Shown here in pieces: positions 40,701 to 55,748 of a stretch of DNA of 64,000 nt (the first letter of the stretch is position 1; every line of letters begins with the position of its first letter). The stretch is taken from assembly GCA_951406725.2 (NCBI GenBank), contig OX597815.1, positions 113,956,001-114,020,000 on the forward strand. Direction: 5' to 3'. The position numbers and the translations under genes are program-made. The stretch comes from Octopus vulgaris (taxonomy: Eukaryota). A model generated the notes under the pieces. That model did no database searches, was not told the origin of the DNA, and was given only the letters and a program-made list of their open reading frames with translations.

Positions 40701-43700
40701 TCACTTCTGGCAATTCCTTCTTTACCAATTAGTGTCAAGTCATCTAAGTCCATATCAATGTACTCTTCTCCTTTATACTCTGCATCCAGTTCTTTTTGTA
40801 GCTCTTATACCCAACTTTTTCTTAGTTCATTGTTTCATACTAAGTCTTTCTTTTCTGTCAACCTGTCTGTTATCCCAGTGCACCTACTATGCATCCATAC
40901 TTACTCAATATAGAGTAAGCTATGTGGAATTTCTAGCTACTGATCTTCTGCATGTCAAACATGGCCATTTCCTCAAAGGCAATAGAATCCTGTCTTCTTT
41001 CCTACTAACTAACACTGAATTGCCTTAATAAATTTTGCTTCAAGTTTGGAATTCTTTAATTCATCAACAGCTTCAGCTATGAGAACTAGGACATCGGCTT
41101 ACAAATGGCAAGTCTTAAACTCCTCTGTTTTTATACAACTTTCATCTCTCATTTTTAATTTTAAAAGCAGTATTGCTTAGTGAAATATGTTTTTTTTTAA
41201 ATCCTTTCAATATACATAATCACATCAGTCTCTGTTCATAGTCTAGCTATTTTCAGTAGGAAAAGAATCCAACCAAAGACCATATTGAATACTCAGTCAA
41301 ATTAAGAAAATGGTCTTTAATAATGATTTATTAAAATGTTAAGGCAAAAATACTAGATAGCCTGATATGGTCATATCATATAAAGTTATTTCAAGCAAAG
41401 TTTGATACTGTCCATCTCTATAAAGAAGCTAATGATTATAAAGACCGCTCTCGACCTGTGCAACCAAGAAAAACAATGGCAAGAATGGATAGATACATTC
41501 GTAGACTGTCCTTAAAAAAAAAAGAAAAATTACTGCTGTTGACATTTTAAAAGAAATTTGGCAAAAATATGGATTTACCATTGGAGTGTCCACCATAAAA
41601 AAAATGCCTCAAAGAATTTGGACTTTAAAAAAATTGACGTACCCAAATAAAGTTCGCAAAAAAGCTTTTGAATTGGAGTCCAGCAGATTGGTCAAATGTG
41701 TTGTAGTTGGACAAGTCAAAGTTCAACTTGTTCAGCAGTGATGGCAGAAAGTATGTAAGAAGGCATACAGGTGAAGAATATCATCCAGAATGCAATCGAC
41801 CTCCAATTAAGCATGGTGGTTGAAGTGTGATGGTGTTGGGGTGCATGTCTGGAAAAGGTGTCGATCCTATAATCCAAATCAAGGGTGTTATGGGTAGTAA
41901 GTTCTGTCTAGAAATATTGGATACACCCGAAATATTCCATACACCCAAAAGCATTTGGGCCAGTCCTGAACTTTGCAACATGGCAACAACCCAAAACACA
42001 TCTCACACCTAGTCAGAGATTACATTATGTCTAAGTCAGTTCGGTTGATGCAGTAGCCAGCACAGTTGCCCGATCTAAATCCCATCGAAAATCTTTGGGA
42101 AAGGTTGGGTAGAGCTGTGCAAAGTAATAAGCCAAAGAATAAGGATGATTTTTTTTTTTTAACATTATTAGGCAAAATTGGGAAAAAATCTCAGGAACAG
42201 TGATAAATGATCTGAACAATTCTGTATTACACAGATGCAAAGCTGTATTAAGTAATTTTGGATACCCAACCAAACAGTGATTGTAGAAGCTTGTTTTTTT
42301 GTTGTTGTTTTTTTTTATCACAGAATAAACTTTTTAAAGCAAAAAAAAATGAAATTTTATAAAGCGTTCTTAAATTAAACTGCACTATAAATTACGATAA
42401 TTACCTCTGCCTTAGGAAAGGCAAGGGTATTGTTTTCAGCCGTGTTTGTGTGTCTGTGGACAAGATATCTTAAGAACTGCTGGATGGATTCAGATGAAAC
42501 TTTCAGGGATGTTTGCCCTGACTGGCATGAACTGATTAGATTTTGGGTTCAATCTGGTTCCGGAGAGGGATTCTGGGTTATTTTTCCGGGTATTTTTTTC
42601 CTTACTTAATTTTTGAGAGCAGTTGGGTTAATTTTTAGTGTTCTTGTTTGTGAGAGCAGTTGAATTTATTTCAGATATTCTTATTTTAAAATCATCTCCA
42701 GCTAATCGCTGAGAGGATGTTGGTGTTGCCTTGCCAGAGGTTTGCGCTCTCTGAGTGCTCTTGTTAAGATTTATTTTTAATTTAAAATTAGCATGTTGGT
42801 GTTATGCTGTAAAGTTGTATATCATATTAAAGCTCATGAAATTTTCTTTATTTTAATATACATCTTAATTTACAATTTACAAATTTACAACTTTAATATA
42901 TAAAAGATGCCATTTTAGCATTAGTAAACTAGCGTTCTTAAATTAAATGGCGCCACTACAAATAAGAATATTTGTTTGCTGGATTTTTTTTTTACAGAAA
43001 CCCCTCCTGATGTTAATCACCATCTATAAGGCAGGAGTGGATCATGTTTTTTTTTTGTTTTTGTCAATATGTCAGACTGCAACAAAAGTCATACACCTAG
43101 ACTGTTGTAAGATTTGAAATAAATGTAGTTCAGCATTTGAACCTTACAACACTTGTTTCCTCATGTTAAAGATAAAATTTCAATAGTAATTTCTTGAATG
43201 TTGATTGAATTATATTGAATTTTCTCTTGAGTACAAAGCCAGATCCAGGAATGAGATAGCATTACTTTTCAAATCTTTATCAAGGGTATTAGCAAAATAA
43301 GTAAAGTGAAATGGTTTCATAAAAATGGAAATTAGTTAATGCACTCAATTTGTTAGAGGCTCACCTTTTACTTTACTGTGAAAACCCAAACCATGTCAAT
43401 AGATTGATATTTAAATAGTATGAAACTAGTGTCATATTATTATATCACTATATAGGAAGGGCATCCAGCCGTAGAAACATTGCCAGATCAGACTGGGCCT
43501 GGTGCAGCCTCCTGGCTTCCCAGACCCCAGTTGCACCGTCCAACCCATGCCAGCATGGAAAGCGGACGCTAAACGATGATGATGATCATACATTGCCTGA
43601 TCCAGGAGACCTAAGATCCTAAGTATTCTGTGATGTTTTATATATCTGGGGCAACATTGTTCTATGTGTCCTTCCACTTTTTGATGGCAGTAGGATGTGA

Positions 43701-46700
43701 TTTCAGTGAGATTTGATTACTCTTTCTCACAGGTTGAAGAACTGTGAAGGGGCTCCTTCCATTTACTGTGAAAGAGAGTCTTTCCATTTGACCAAAGTTG
43801 TTTGCTAATAGTGTTAGTGATTGTAATATTTGTCTCAGCAGGTAGCTGTATTAAAATTTTATCAGCTGTTAAATTAAACTTGATAATATTTATATTGCTC
43901 TTTGAACTTAGTTCCAAATATTTTTTTCTACCTGCAAAAAATGCTTTGAGGATGCAGGACAAATAAATGAAAAAAAATTTTTTTTAATTTTCCCTCTGAC
44001 GTAATTTGTCTCGAGATAACTTATTTTCATTCTATTGTAGTCATTTTTATTTCACTTATTATTTTAGCTATTTTACACAACATATTTTCTAATGCTAACA
44101 GAGTGCAGTGGTTTTTCTTAAAGCTAATTACTCTTTTATGAAGTACAAGTAGGCTCCATTGCTAGTCATAAAAACTGATTTTAGCAGAATTTTGTGCCTT
44201 ATCCAGGAAACAACAGTCCTAGTTTGAAGTCTTGCTGTTGGAGTCAGTAGACCAACACCTTATTGTCACATTTCTTTTCACTCTAGGTGGACAATCCTGA
44301 AATAATTCCTGATGAAGAAGTGACCTCTTGTCTTCCTCCTGACTCACCATCATCTCATTTAAGTCCCTCACACAGCAGGTAAGTACACTACTGATTGTCT
44401 TTAAATTTAGCGTAAATAACATGTTGCTAGTATGCAGAAATAGTGTACAGTCCTATCAATTTTTATTTTCCTTCAATTTTTAAACTAACAACTTTTTTCC
44501 CCTCCTGAGAAGAAAATGATTTTGCTTAAAATTTTTTCCATTAGTTATAAAACACATCTAACTTTATATACAAAATAAAACTAAAATAGTTTTAATATAT
44601 TGTATGAAAAGTATAAAAATATAAAGTAAATTAGTTGTTAGTAGGATAGTTATCAGAATAAAATATAATTTGTTCAACTAACTGAAGAAATATTTTGATA
44701 GTGACTTGAGAACAACTTATCTTACTTGTGATGTTTATCACTGGCAACTTGGTATTTTAAACTTTCACTTCCAAATCACAGAAATGAAATTCATTCTTTC
44801 TAAAGCTTAGCTTGTTCTGAGTGAAATTCCAACAATATCTGAATTTACTATGTGTTACTTCTGTTTTCTTTCAATAATGTTGAGACATTGACAGCTTGTT
44901 TCAATAGACTAAAGCTCCATGCCAGCAAAGAGGCCTGTATTTGTTGCATCACCTGCTGGAAATATCCTTCAAATCACACCATACTGTCTTCATAGCAAAA
45001 GAATGCATTGAATAATGTAGACATACTATGTATAATCAAAAGGAAAGGTCATAGCTTGATAGCCTTTGCTCATAAATTTTACATGACCTGGGGATAAACA
45101 GCAATAGTCATCTCCATTTATTTATTTAGTGGACTGAACATGGGCAATCCAATCCATTTGTAGAATACTATAAAATTCTTGACTACACATACATATTCTC
45201 AGAATATCTTTTTCATTACCTTTATCAGTTTAATGACGTTTAAGCTACTAAGGCTATGACTTCACCATTTTGTATTATTTTTTAAGGATGATGAGGAAGT
45301 TGTTTATGACAGCCACATTGACAGGTGTAGCAACAATGAAAGGGCTCCCTTGTTAGCATTAATGTTAATCTAAAGAAAAAGTTTTAAATATGTCGCTAAG
45401 TTACAGGGTCTCTTATTTATTTAGATTAAAACTTTTGAAAGGGTTAGCCATTATGTTATCTCAGTACACTGCTCTCCCTCTTAGTTTTATGTCATATGGC
45501 CTGATAACATTATTCAAATATACTGCGAATTTTAGGAATAAGAAGACAGGGAAATTTCAATGAGCAATATTACTCACAATTTCATTTAAAATATAACTCT
45601 GGAGACAAAATCAAATCAAGAAACCATTACTAATCTCCTTTATAAGATTCCTTTTATCTGGCTTCTTCTTACTTTTACTTGCAGTGCTCTTCATTTTATT
45701 TTTAATGTTTTCCTGTAGATTTTTACCATTTTCTCCCCACTATTTCTGTGGTATGTGCTATGCCATTTTATATTGATATTTTAAATTATTTACTTGTGTT
45801 TGCATTTCATTTCATCCAGCTAGTCAAAAGCTGCATACATTTTTTTCTTTATGGCTTCTTAAGCATGATTAGCCATTTTTTTTATTTTGTATTTCAGTAG
45901 TCAGAACTTCTGCTGGTAGAAAGTTATATTGCTGTATGATGGCAAAAGGCTGCCTTCATAGGTGCAATATTTAGATTTGGGTCTTCTACTAATTTATCTT
46001 AAAGCAGTTAGATCAAAATTCATGTCTTTAAGATGTTACCCTTAAAATCAATGTCTTTATCATTCTTGTCTTCAACCACTTACAATCCTGAACATAAATT
46101 TGATTGCAAGTATTTTACATGCTGGCATGGCTGTGTGGTGAAGAAGCTCCCTTTACAACTACATGGTTTCAGGTTCAGCCTCACTATATGGCACCTTGGG
46201 CAAGTGTTTTCTACTAAAGCCCTGGGCCAACCAATGCCTTAGTAACAAATTTAGTAGACAGAAACTCTGTACATATTTGTTCCCACTTAACCACCACTTG
46301 ACAACTGGTGTTGGTTTGTTCTTGTTTCCTTAACAGATCTGTAAAAGAGATTGATAGAATAAGAACCAGACTTTTAAAAAAATTTAGGTATTAGGGGTGA
46401 TTTATTGAACTAAAACCATTCTAGGTGGTACTCCCTCATGACTGCAGTCCAGTGACTGAAACAAGTAAAAGACAAAAGGTAGAAAATGTTCTGAATTTGC
46501 TGGAAAATTAATTTACTCCTATTGAATATATAACTGCACTCCTACGAGAATGCTAAGATAATTCTGGCAATATTGAAAAAGACTATTTAGTATTTAAATT
46601 CATATTTTTAATTTAGCTAACACCTTATTTTAATTAAATTCTTCTTTATTTGTTTTTTTAAGTCCCACTGCATAGCACCTTTGGCAAGTGTCTTCTACTA

Positions 46701-49700
46701 TAGCCTCGGGCTGACCAAAGCCTTGTGAGTGGATTTGGTAGACGGAAACTGAAAGAAGCCCGTCATATATATATGTGTGTGTGTTTGTGTTTGTCCCCCA
46801 ACATCGCTTGACAACCGATGCTGGTGTGTTCACATCCCCGTAACTTAGCGGTTCGGTAAAAAGAAACCAATAGAATAAGTACTAGGCTTACAAAGAATAA
46901 GTCCTGGGATCGATTTGTTCGACTAAAAGCGGTGCTCCAGCATGGCTGCAGTCAAATGACTGAAACGAGTAAAAGAGAGTAGAAACTTTAGGGTTTTCAT
47001 GTAGTCTTGTCACTAACATGAATTAGGAGATCCTTTAAACCCTCTGGTTTCTTTCAGCTACACTTATTTACTTAACTTCAATCTTATATCTGATACTGAT
47101 TATCTGAGGATATCCAATCAGTTTAATCAGCTTGTGTTAATCCAATCAAAAACATAATTCAAATCCAAGTTTGATTTAGTTTTCTATTTGTCAACACGTA
47201 ACCTCTTGCATTTACACCCACCGTCCCAACCGTTTTTTATAAAGCATATTCAATTTAGTTGTATTTTCCAAAATGCTTTGTAAAGGTTTAGGTTATAACG
47301 TTTATTTTTTGCATTTACCTAAGTTAACCAGTTATCTGCTATTTGTATTAAATGTGAATTCTTAAAGTCTTATGTACTCCTAAAATGTCATTAAACTGTT
47401 AGTAGTACAAAAATAAAAGCCACACATTACTCAGTCCTTACTCCTTAAATTTGAAACATTCAGTCAAGTCAGTTCTGTTTGTCATAAAAAAAAAAAAAAA
47501 ACCAACTGTATTTCTTTCATCCTCCATAACCCAAAAATTAACTGGTAGTAAATAATTTCTCTAGTAATTCTTTATCTTTTAAATGCTTACTTTCACTGAC
47601 TATTAAAGAATAATATCATATTCTGTTACCCTGTTAGCTAACACATAACACTAAATCCTATCTACACTATTAGGCAATATACTCATTAGTGTATAGATAA
47701 GACATGTTAGTGTACATAACGATGCAACTATCAGTTTTTATTTTCTTATAGTTTTGACTCTGGTTATATTGGTCATATCTCTTTATACTCATTCCTAGTT
47801 AAGTTATTGTGTGATTGATACTGGAATTGGACAAAATAATGGAAATACCTGAGAATTTCAAACGAATTTACTTTAATATGGGGTAGGACCGCCTTTGGCA
47901 GTAATTACAGCTTGAATTCTATGAGGTATGGACTTGTACAAAGTTTCAATTGTTTCCAAAGGAATTTTTGTCCATTCTTCAGCTAAAACAGTCTCCAGTT
48001 CTTGTAGTGATAATGGTGGAGGATATCAACTCTTTACTTTTTTTTCTAAAATGCACCATAAATGTTCAATAAAATTGTGATCTGGGGACTAGAATGTTCT
48101 TCATGTCATTCAGAAACTTTAGCTGTGTGAATTGGTGCATTATAATCCTGAAAGATTGCGTTTCCCTCCGGAAGCAGTTCCACGATTATAGGATGAATTT
48201 GATCAGATAAAATGCTTAAATAGTCTTGACTATTAATTCTGCCATGAAGGGAAACCATTGAGCTGGTAGATTTCCAAGATATAGCCCCCAGATCATCACA
48301 GATCCTCCTCCATGTTTAACAGTTGGAAGAAGGTAGTCTGGGTCAAATGCTTCTTTTGGCTGTCTCCACATGTATACTCAGCCAGTGGTTGGAAATATGG
48401 TAAAGGATAACTCGTCTGAGAAAATAACATTTTCCCACTGCTCTAGGGACCAATTCTATAGGCTTTTACTCTACTCTAAATGCTTTGCAGCGTTTGTTTT
48501 TGAAAGTAGTGGTTTTCTGATTGCAGCTCTCCCATGAAATCCTGGTGAACAGTTTTTGTGGAAACTGGGTTCTCAAGGTGGTCATTAAGTTCTGCAGTAA
48601 TTTTGGGAGTCGTACTTTTGCGATCCTTTCTAACAATTCACGTAAGAGTCCGACTGTCCCCATCTGAAAGTTTTGGCTTTCTTCCAGAGTTTAGTTTCAA
48701 CAAAGAGATTTTTCCATCTTTCTCAAAGGCTGTCATTACTTTCAAGACAGTACTTTTTGATAAACCAAACATTTTGGCTGTTTTCTTTACACTAGCACCT
48801 GCCATATGAGCACCAACAATTTGATCTCTTTGAAAGTTCAATAGATCTGTCATTTTAATGAATTTTAATTACCTTTTTTTGGTGATATCTGAAAAGAAAC
48901 AGCCATTTTACCAAAACATATTAAGCAACACTAATAATAAATCAAAAAACATAAAAATAAAAAAGCTTTGGACGATTTTATAGATATTTCAAAATTATGA
49001 TGCTAAGTGTTTCCATTATTTTTGTCTAGCCACTGTATATTGTGTAAACTTTGCATATTCTTACATATATTATTTCAGTCTGATCTGAAATCAGTATTTA
49101 TTGTGAATGCTTATTTACCATTGCTTTTATATATGAGTGTGTAGTTATTTCTAATTATGAAATGATTTTTGTGTTAGTGAACTCTGAATTTAGTTCACTG
49201 GCAAAAATTATAGTTCATGTAAAGGCTAAATAGTTTCCAGAATTTGATTCAAAACTTTACTGATCTGAATTCAAATCACAACCAGTGCTACTTTATTCAT
49301 CTGTCATTCGTCTTGAATAGATAAGTGCGAGTGAGATATCTCTTTCCATGCCTTTTCTGCTTGGAGTTAACGTCTTTGACTAATGTTAAACCTGAATGGA
49401 TTTGAATGCAAATACTGTGAGAGGACACTTAACAATCTTTTGTAAATAGAGGACTTCAAATTATACATTCCAAATAGTAAATAACTGGAAATAATGTTAT
49501 ATGCAGTATATGAATTTATTAGAAAATTTGAAATTAACAAAAATAAGATATGGCAACCTAGAAGAGAAAATAAACACCACTAATACGTTAAGAAACTGAA
49601 ATAAGAAAATTAGACCATGAATATATATACTTTGAAACATTTAGGAATTAGCTAGACAGAATATATCACACACACACACAAAATATAATAACAGAGGGAA

Positions 49701-52700
49701 TGTAGATTTATTCGATTAATAATTAAAGCTGAACCAAATGTAAGATATAAGGTGGTAGACATCAAAACTCAAGTAGTTTCCAGTAATAAGTTATAGTTAC
49801 AATATTCTATCCTAAATACAAATTGAATTAACAAGACTAAATTGCATTTAGAATGCATCACCACAAATCTGACACAGGAAGATAGTATAAACCATAATAC
49901 AAGAGGTTAGAGCCTTCTGTAGGACTACAAAAATATTTAGTGCAGCATAATTTGGAAACTAATACAACTAGCTATAAACATGAACAAAAATACTACGTCT
50001 TCAAAGCAACAAACATATGGCAGAAGATGAGGTAATAGTAGTTGCAAGGAGAAGAAACAACAGCAGGACTTGTTGGAAAATTTAAAAATTGAGACTATTG
50101 AATGTCATATTAAGATGATAGCAAGAAAAGTCCTCTATATGACCACTAACTGAGAAAACTGAACAGGGGAAAAGTGGATAATGGTTGGACTGGAAGCTGA
50201 GACAGAAGAATTTTGTGATTGTGGGATGAGATCTAAAGCTTTATCAGGAAATACCAAAAGTATATATTGAACCAAAACATATGCACACACACACACACAA
50301 TATCTACAGACAATGCAAAAGGAGAAACAAAGTTGTTTCTGGCTGCCCATTGTTAACTAAAATTGAGAGAGAGAGAGTAGAGGCATGATAAAGTTGGAGC
50401 TTTCATATTCTAGGAATTAGGCCAGCCTTATGAAATACTGACAGAAAGAATAGCATAAACATACACTTAAAACAGTCTTGGAGAATGACAAAGTGACCAT
50501 ACTATGTAATATACCAATCCACATGGACAGGCAAACAGACTGGATGTTGTTAAAGTCTGTACAGAAAAGAGTTTCCTTGCTAATGCATTGTTCCTAACAT
50601 GATATTGTCTCTAAATATAAACTGTCCAAATATATTGATCTGGAAGTAGAGATAACTAGAATCTGATGATTGAAAATGGAGAGATTTTCTATGATACTAT
50701 GTGCCTTGTGGACGATTAAAATATATGCAGACATATATAACCAAAATCCCAGGATTTACATACAGCATATAGAAAATAGTGCTACGAGGCACAACATGTT
50801 TATTACATGTAATGTTTACAATGCAGTGTGAAAAAGGGAAAAACACTGCACATGTATAAGATGTAGAGCTGTATTCAGTTGTACAATGGAAACTTGTAAT
50901 AAAAAGTGACAACTGAAGTAAATATAGAATTCTTCAGTATCTATGTTTTAATCTCACTGAATAAGAACATTACATAAAATACTATTGTTGTTGAGTATTT
51001 CATAGCAGTTCTGAACAAGAAAATGTAATATATGGAGGCAACCAAACAAATGCATAAAACAACCTGCTAACAAGACATGTCAGGTGTAGTTTAGCTTTTG
51101 AGCATCTGTTTCAGTTAGAAACTAGTATGTATAGTAAGAGGAACAAAAGATTAAATCAAATTTTCATGATCCAAACTGAAAATTACTTGAACCCTCATCC
51201 TTATTTTCCTCATTTACCATCTTGCAATTGTTTTATCTATAATATATTGAGTGTCATCAATTCTTTTGTTAGATCACTGATTAAGTTTATCCCACATTGA
51301 TATTACACTTTTTATATTTTTTGAAATGTATAAAAACAGCAGTGATTTATTTGAAGGAATATTTTAATGTAACAACAGTTGTGATTCATACTGAAGTTTC
51401 ATTATTGATTGAGACTGTGTGTAATAATCCCTGTATTTCTTTCCTTTTGCTCTGTTTACTGATTTCTTAAAGTACAGGTCATTACTTGATGAGCTAAGAT
51501 TATCAAGTTAGATTTCAACATGTTAATTCTATATTTTTTCTAATATCTTTATACCATGAGAAGCTTAAAAAATTTCTCTCAAGTTTATAGTCTTGTGAAA
51601 ACTCTTCAGATGTTATTATCATTATCCTTTTTTGATATTTGTAAAATATGTAGTTTGGATAATAGTTTTGCCAAAAACAATCTGTGAAGTGTTACTTTCT
51701 AATCTGATCTAACTCCTTTGTCCCCAGTCTTTCTCGGCATGTTTCAGTTGTGTGCCTTCTAATAACATTTCAGACCACTCTTTCAATCAACATATCATCC
51801 ATTATCTTTTGTATAGGAATTTCTACCTCATTTTCACTATTTTATGTAATGGATAGTACCTTCTAACTCCTAAGTGTGCTCTCTGCTCCTTTTCTCTGCC
51901 TTTAAGTCCAGTAGGGAGCCACTTGGCCTACTAGAAATGTCAACCAAATCTCCTTTGATCTACAGCTTTGATAAAGACATTGTATAAAATAGTTTGGGGC
52001 TTATAGTTTCTTAATGTCCTTAATCATAGGTTTGCTCAATCAAATTTTACTTGGGCATAAGCAACACTACTTTAGCCTTAGTATTAAAATAAATCACTTA
52101 AAAATAGGAAAAGCAATTTCAGCTTTGGTTTCATCTTCTAACATTTTCCCATATTACAAGGATTAGACAGGTGTTCTCCAGTACAGGGTCTCACTATTTG
52201 TTGAGGTTACTTGCCATCTCCTTCATGAGTTTCAGCATCCCTGAGATCAGCTTTCATCACTTCTTCCTATGTTTTCCTCCTACTTTTTTGTTTTTTACCC
52301 AACTGTCATTTTCCATATGTATCACATCTGTACCATTGCAGTCTCTTCTTGCACACTGTATCTCATTTCTCTTACACTCTGCTTTTCTCTCAGCTCAATT
52401 ATTCTTTGTTGTTCATTGACACTAACATTATAAACCCAGTGGACTTATGCTTACTTCATTTCTTCCAGCTTTCGCTCATCCTCCACATTTAATGCCTATG
52501 TATTGCTACCTTGCAATATGACACACCTCCTACATATGCAGCATACATTCTTTCTTCCCTTCATTTGGAGAGATAGATCTTTGTTACTAGCAAATTTTTA
52601 TTAATGATACATTAATGATTTTACTCTAGTCTTACTGTTACTATTTTTAACTTTGTTCACCTCTCTGACTTACCAACTTTTATGCAGCACAAAATGTAAT

Positions 52701-55695
52701 TTTTAAATTGTAAATATCTGAAGATATTGGATTGCCTTTTCTGCTGCAGACATCATACAAAGCATTTGTCACTCTGTGACTTTTCTACCACCTCCTTTGG
52801 AATCAAGTACATATCTTTAAACATATCAGATTCTACAACTTTATAGACAACTCTTCTTTCCAGTCAGTCTTCTTGAATACTCCTAATGCTCTATGAATAT
52901 TATTCATATTCCCATCATTCTACACATTTTAACATACACTCTTCAAAAAATTGTTTTTCACTGTTAATATTTTTTGAAAACTGACTTACATAATTATTCC
53001 AAATAGATGAACGTTTGCAAGTTGTAGCACAATGTAACAAGTATTCAGAATGTCTAGTAGAGTGAATTTTGTTGTTAAAGTTGACTACTTTTCCATCCCT
53101 TATTGTTCCTCAGCAAAACGGTGTTTATTAGAGAGCATAAATCTTTGTTGATATGTCATCTTACAAATGTCTCTTTACTAATATATGTATGGCTGAATGT
53201 ATGTATGTACAACTTTTTAATTCTGTCAACTTTTGATACTTAGATCAATTTTAGTTTTTTGTTTTATATCAAGGAGCATATTGTTTAAATCTCCTTGTAA
53301 AGAATGAACTGGTAGATCCATTGTTTAATAATTTTAATACTTTGATGTTTTTATAAAGGAAACAAAATAACTCTGTTCAACATTTAATTAAATTCAATAA
53401 TAGAAAATTTTAAATTAGTATTTTTATTGTCATATAGTTTCTGAATGATTAGAACATAATATATTAATCTATTTGAACTTAACCCAAATAATCCCTTGGA
53501 GGAATTTCAGTTAAGAAACCTATATTAATCATTGTCAGTTTAGCCATATTTTTTTTATATTAGAGAAGCCATGTTTTTGGGGTCTTTTTTTTCTTTTCTT
53601 TTTCACTTTTTTAATCAGTATCGGTATAGATTGAGTGTATTGTTGGAACAGTTGATTCTTTCTTAAGATATTTTCCTCTTTTAATGCAAAACTTTGAAAT
53701 ATAACTGGGAAACTTTGTCTAAGACCACATTCTGTTAGATATGAGAATTTTAATGTGTAGCCCATCAGTTCATACATCTTTCTTGTGTGGTTTTTATTAA
53801 AAACAATATCTTATTGAATCCATAATTTACCTCTTAGACCCCTATTCAAAGGTTGATACTTTCCTTCATTTCACCAATTTTCATGACCAAGTTCATTATG
53901 AAGAAGTAGCGATTGTATTTGTCAAGCAACCCACCATCTCTATATGCCATATCTAACAATTTTCTTATCACTTGGCATATTTAAAAAAAAATTTTGTTAT
54001 GTCTGGTTGCATTTTAAAAAATATCTAGGCTTTAATTGAAATTAAATTTCTAAGCTAACAACAGTCAAATATATCTGAAACATTACCATCAAGTGACTCC
54101 TTCACCTTCTCAAGTTCTCTCAGTATAATTGAAGATCTGTTGATTACATCTTACACATGTGTCAGACATGATATGATAATAATAATAATAATGAAATTAT
54201 TGTATACAGTGCTCAGATGCACCACAACTTGTCAAAAGTGCGCATAAAGAATATGCAGTAATGTACAAATGTCTGGAAAATGAACACTCTATGGATCAGA
54301 TACATGCTTGCGTATGTATGGAGGGGAGAAAATCAGGCATAGTGTTGGCAAATCTCAGGAAGCATGGAAGTTTTGAAGGATGCTGTGCTCCGACAACTAA
54401 CAACTGATGCTGGCAGTTTGTTCCATGTTTCCGAAAATCATGGGAGCTGTGCTGTTTTCTGACTTTGTAAACATGTCCACGGGTGTTAGACAGATGGAGT
54501 TTGAAAAGGTGGTCAGAGTTATTATTTATAAGATGGTTAATAATTTTATGGGTGTCTACCAAGTCAGCTGCCAGATGTCGGAGTTTCAATGTATCCATGC
54601 CCAGAGAAGTAAGGCATTCAGAATATGGCAAATGTCTGATGATGGACACCTATCTCAGATTACATCTTTAGTCTCAGCATCAGGATCTTGACCATGGTTT
54701 GAAGAGAACTATCATGTTTATCCTCTCTTGACTTGGCTGGTTGGTTATTTTGGGTGACTCAGACAATGCCTGTCAAGCTAAAGCCATTTTGTGATAAGTA
54801 TATAAAGTGAGTTTAGGTCATCTTTCTAATTTTTTTTTTTTATAAAACTAGTTAGTACAAATAGTTGAATAATTTATAATCAGCATCATTGAATGATTAA
54901 AATATTGTACTTAAAATGTAAATGTTTCCTTTTATTTAACATTAATGGGGTTTTATTTATGTAAAAGATTAGTGAAATATTTTAAAACCTAAGAATCAAT
55001 AATTTCTTTTACGGTTAGAATATTTCATTTTAATTTGATTTTAACAAAGAAAAGTTTTTCTTGATCATTTGGAAATTCTCTGAAGAATATCATTTACTGT
55101 TATTCACATGCCAATTATATTAAATTCTGGTTAATAGTGTCTGTCTAAATTTGTTCTGCTTAAATCTCCAGTAGCTCAATTGTAGATATATTTGTTTCCA
55201 AACATAGTTAAATTTTTGGGGAACGAATCCTTTAGTTCTTTAGATGGTTTATTCCATTATTGGTATGGTCATCTCACAGCATCTACTTAAAAGTGAAAGT
55301 GTAAACCATGGATTTTTGTTGTTGTTAGGTAATATTGCTAATATTTCATTCTTTCATTCACATTGTTAGTGTCATTTGTGTTATATGCCCACTTATTCAA
55401 TGGCTTGAATGGTGCTTGTTTTAGATATATTGAAGTTAAATTTATGTTTAAAGGGGACTCATTAATCAGTTGATTAGCATCTCATTGTTCATGTTATGTA
55501 GGAATATTTTACTTTCAATATTGCTGCAGTAGCTAAGCTAACAAACAACTTATCTGAAACATTCGAATTTCTGATATATACAGTCTTGCATTTTTACATT
55601 CTGATATTCATGAATACAGCAAAGAAACATTAGTTACTGCAGTTTGCCTCTGTACAAACTGACAGAAAAAACGAAAGGAATAAGTAACACATACA

Positions 55696-55748
<53 letters not shown>

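Noticed and set aside
40590-41030. Pyrimidine-rich segment with overlapping ORFs 40614 and 40684
   Set aside because: Probably the antisense of a decayed retroelement; I could not assign any motif.
42998-43100. Strong acceptor TTTTTTTTTACAG as an additional exon
   Set aside because: No convincing donor before an in-frame stop, and the translation looks intronic.
45905-45961. Possible 57-nt symmetric cassette exon (RTSAGRKLYCCMMAKGCLH)
   Set aside because: Frame-compatible with exons G and H, but the donor GTGCAA is weak and two closer upstream AGs lead to a stop; unsupported without RNA data.
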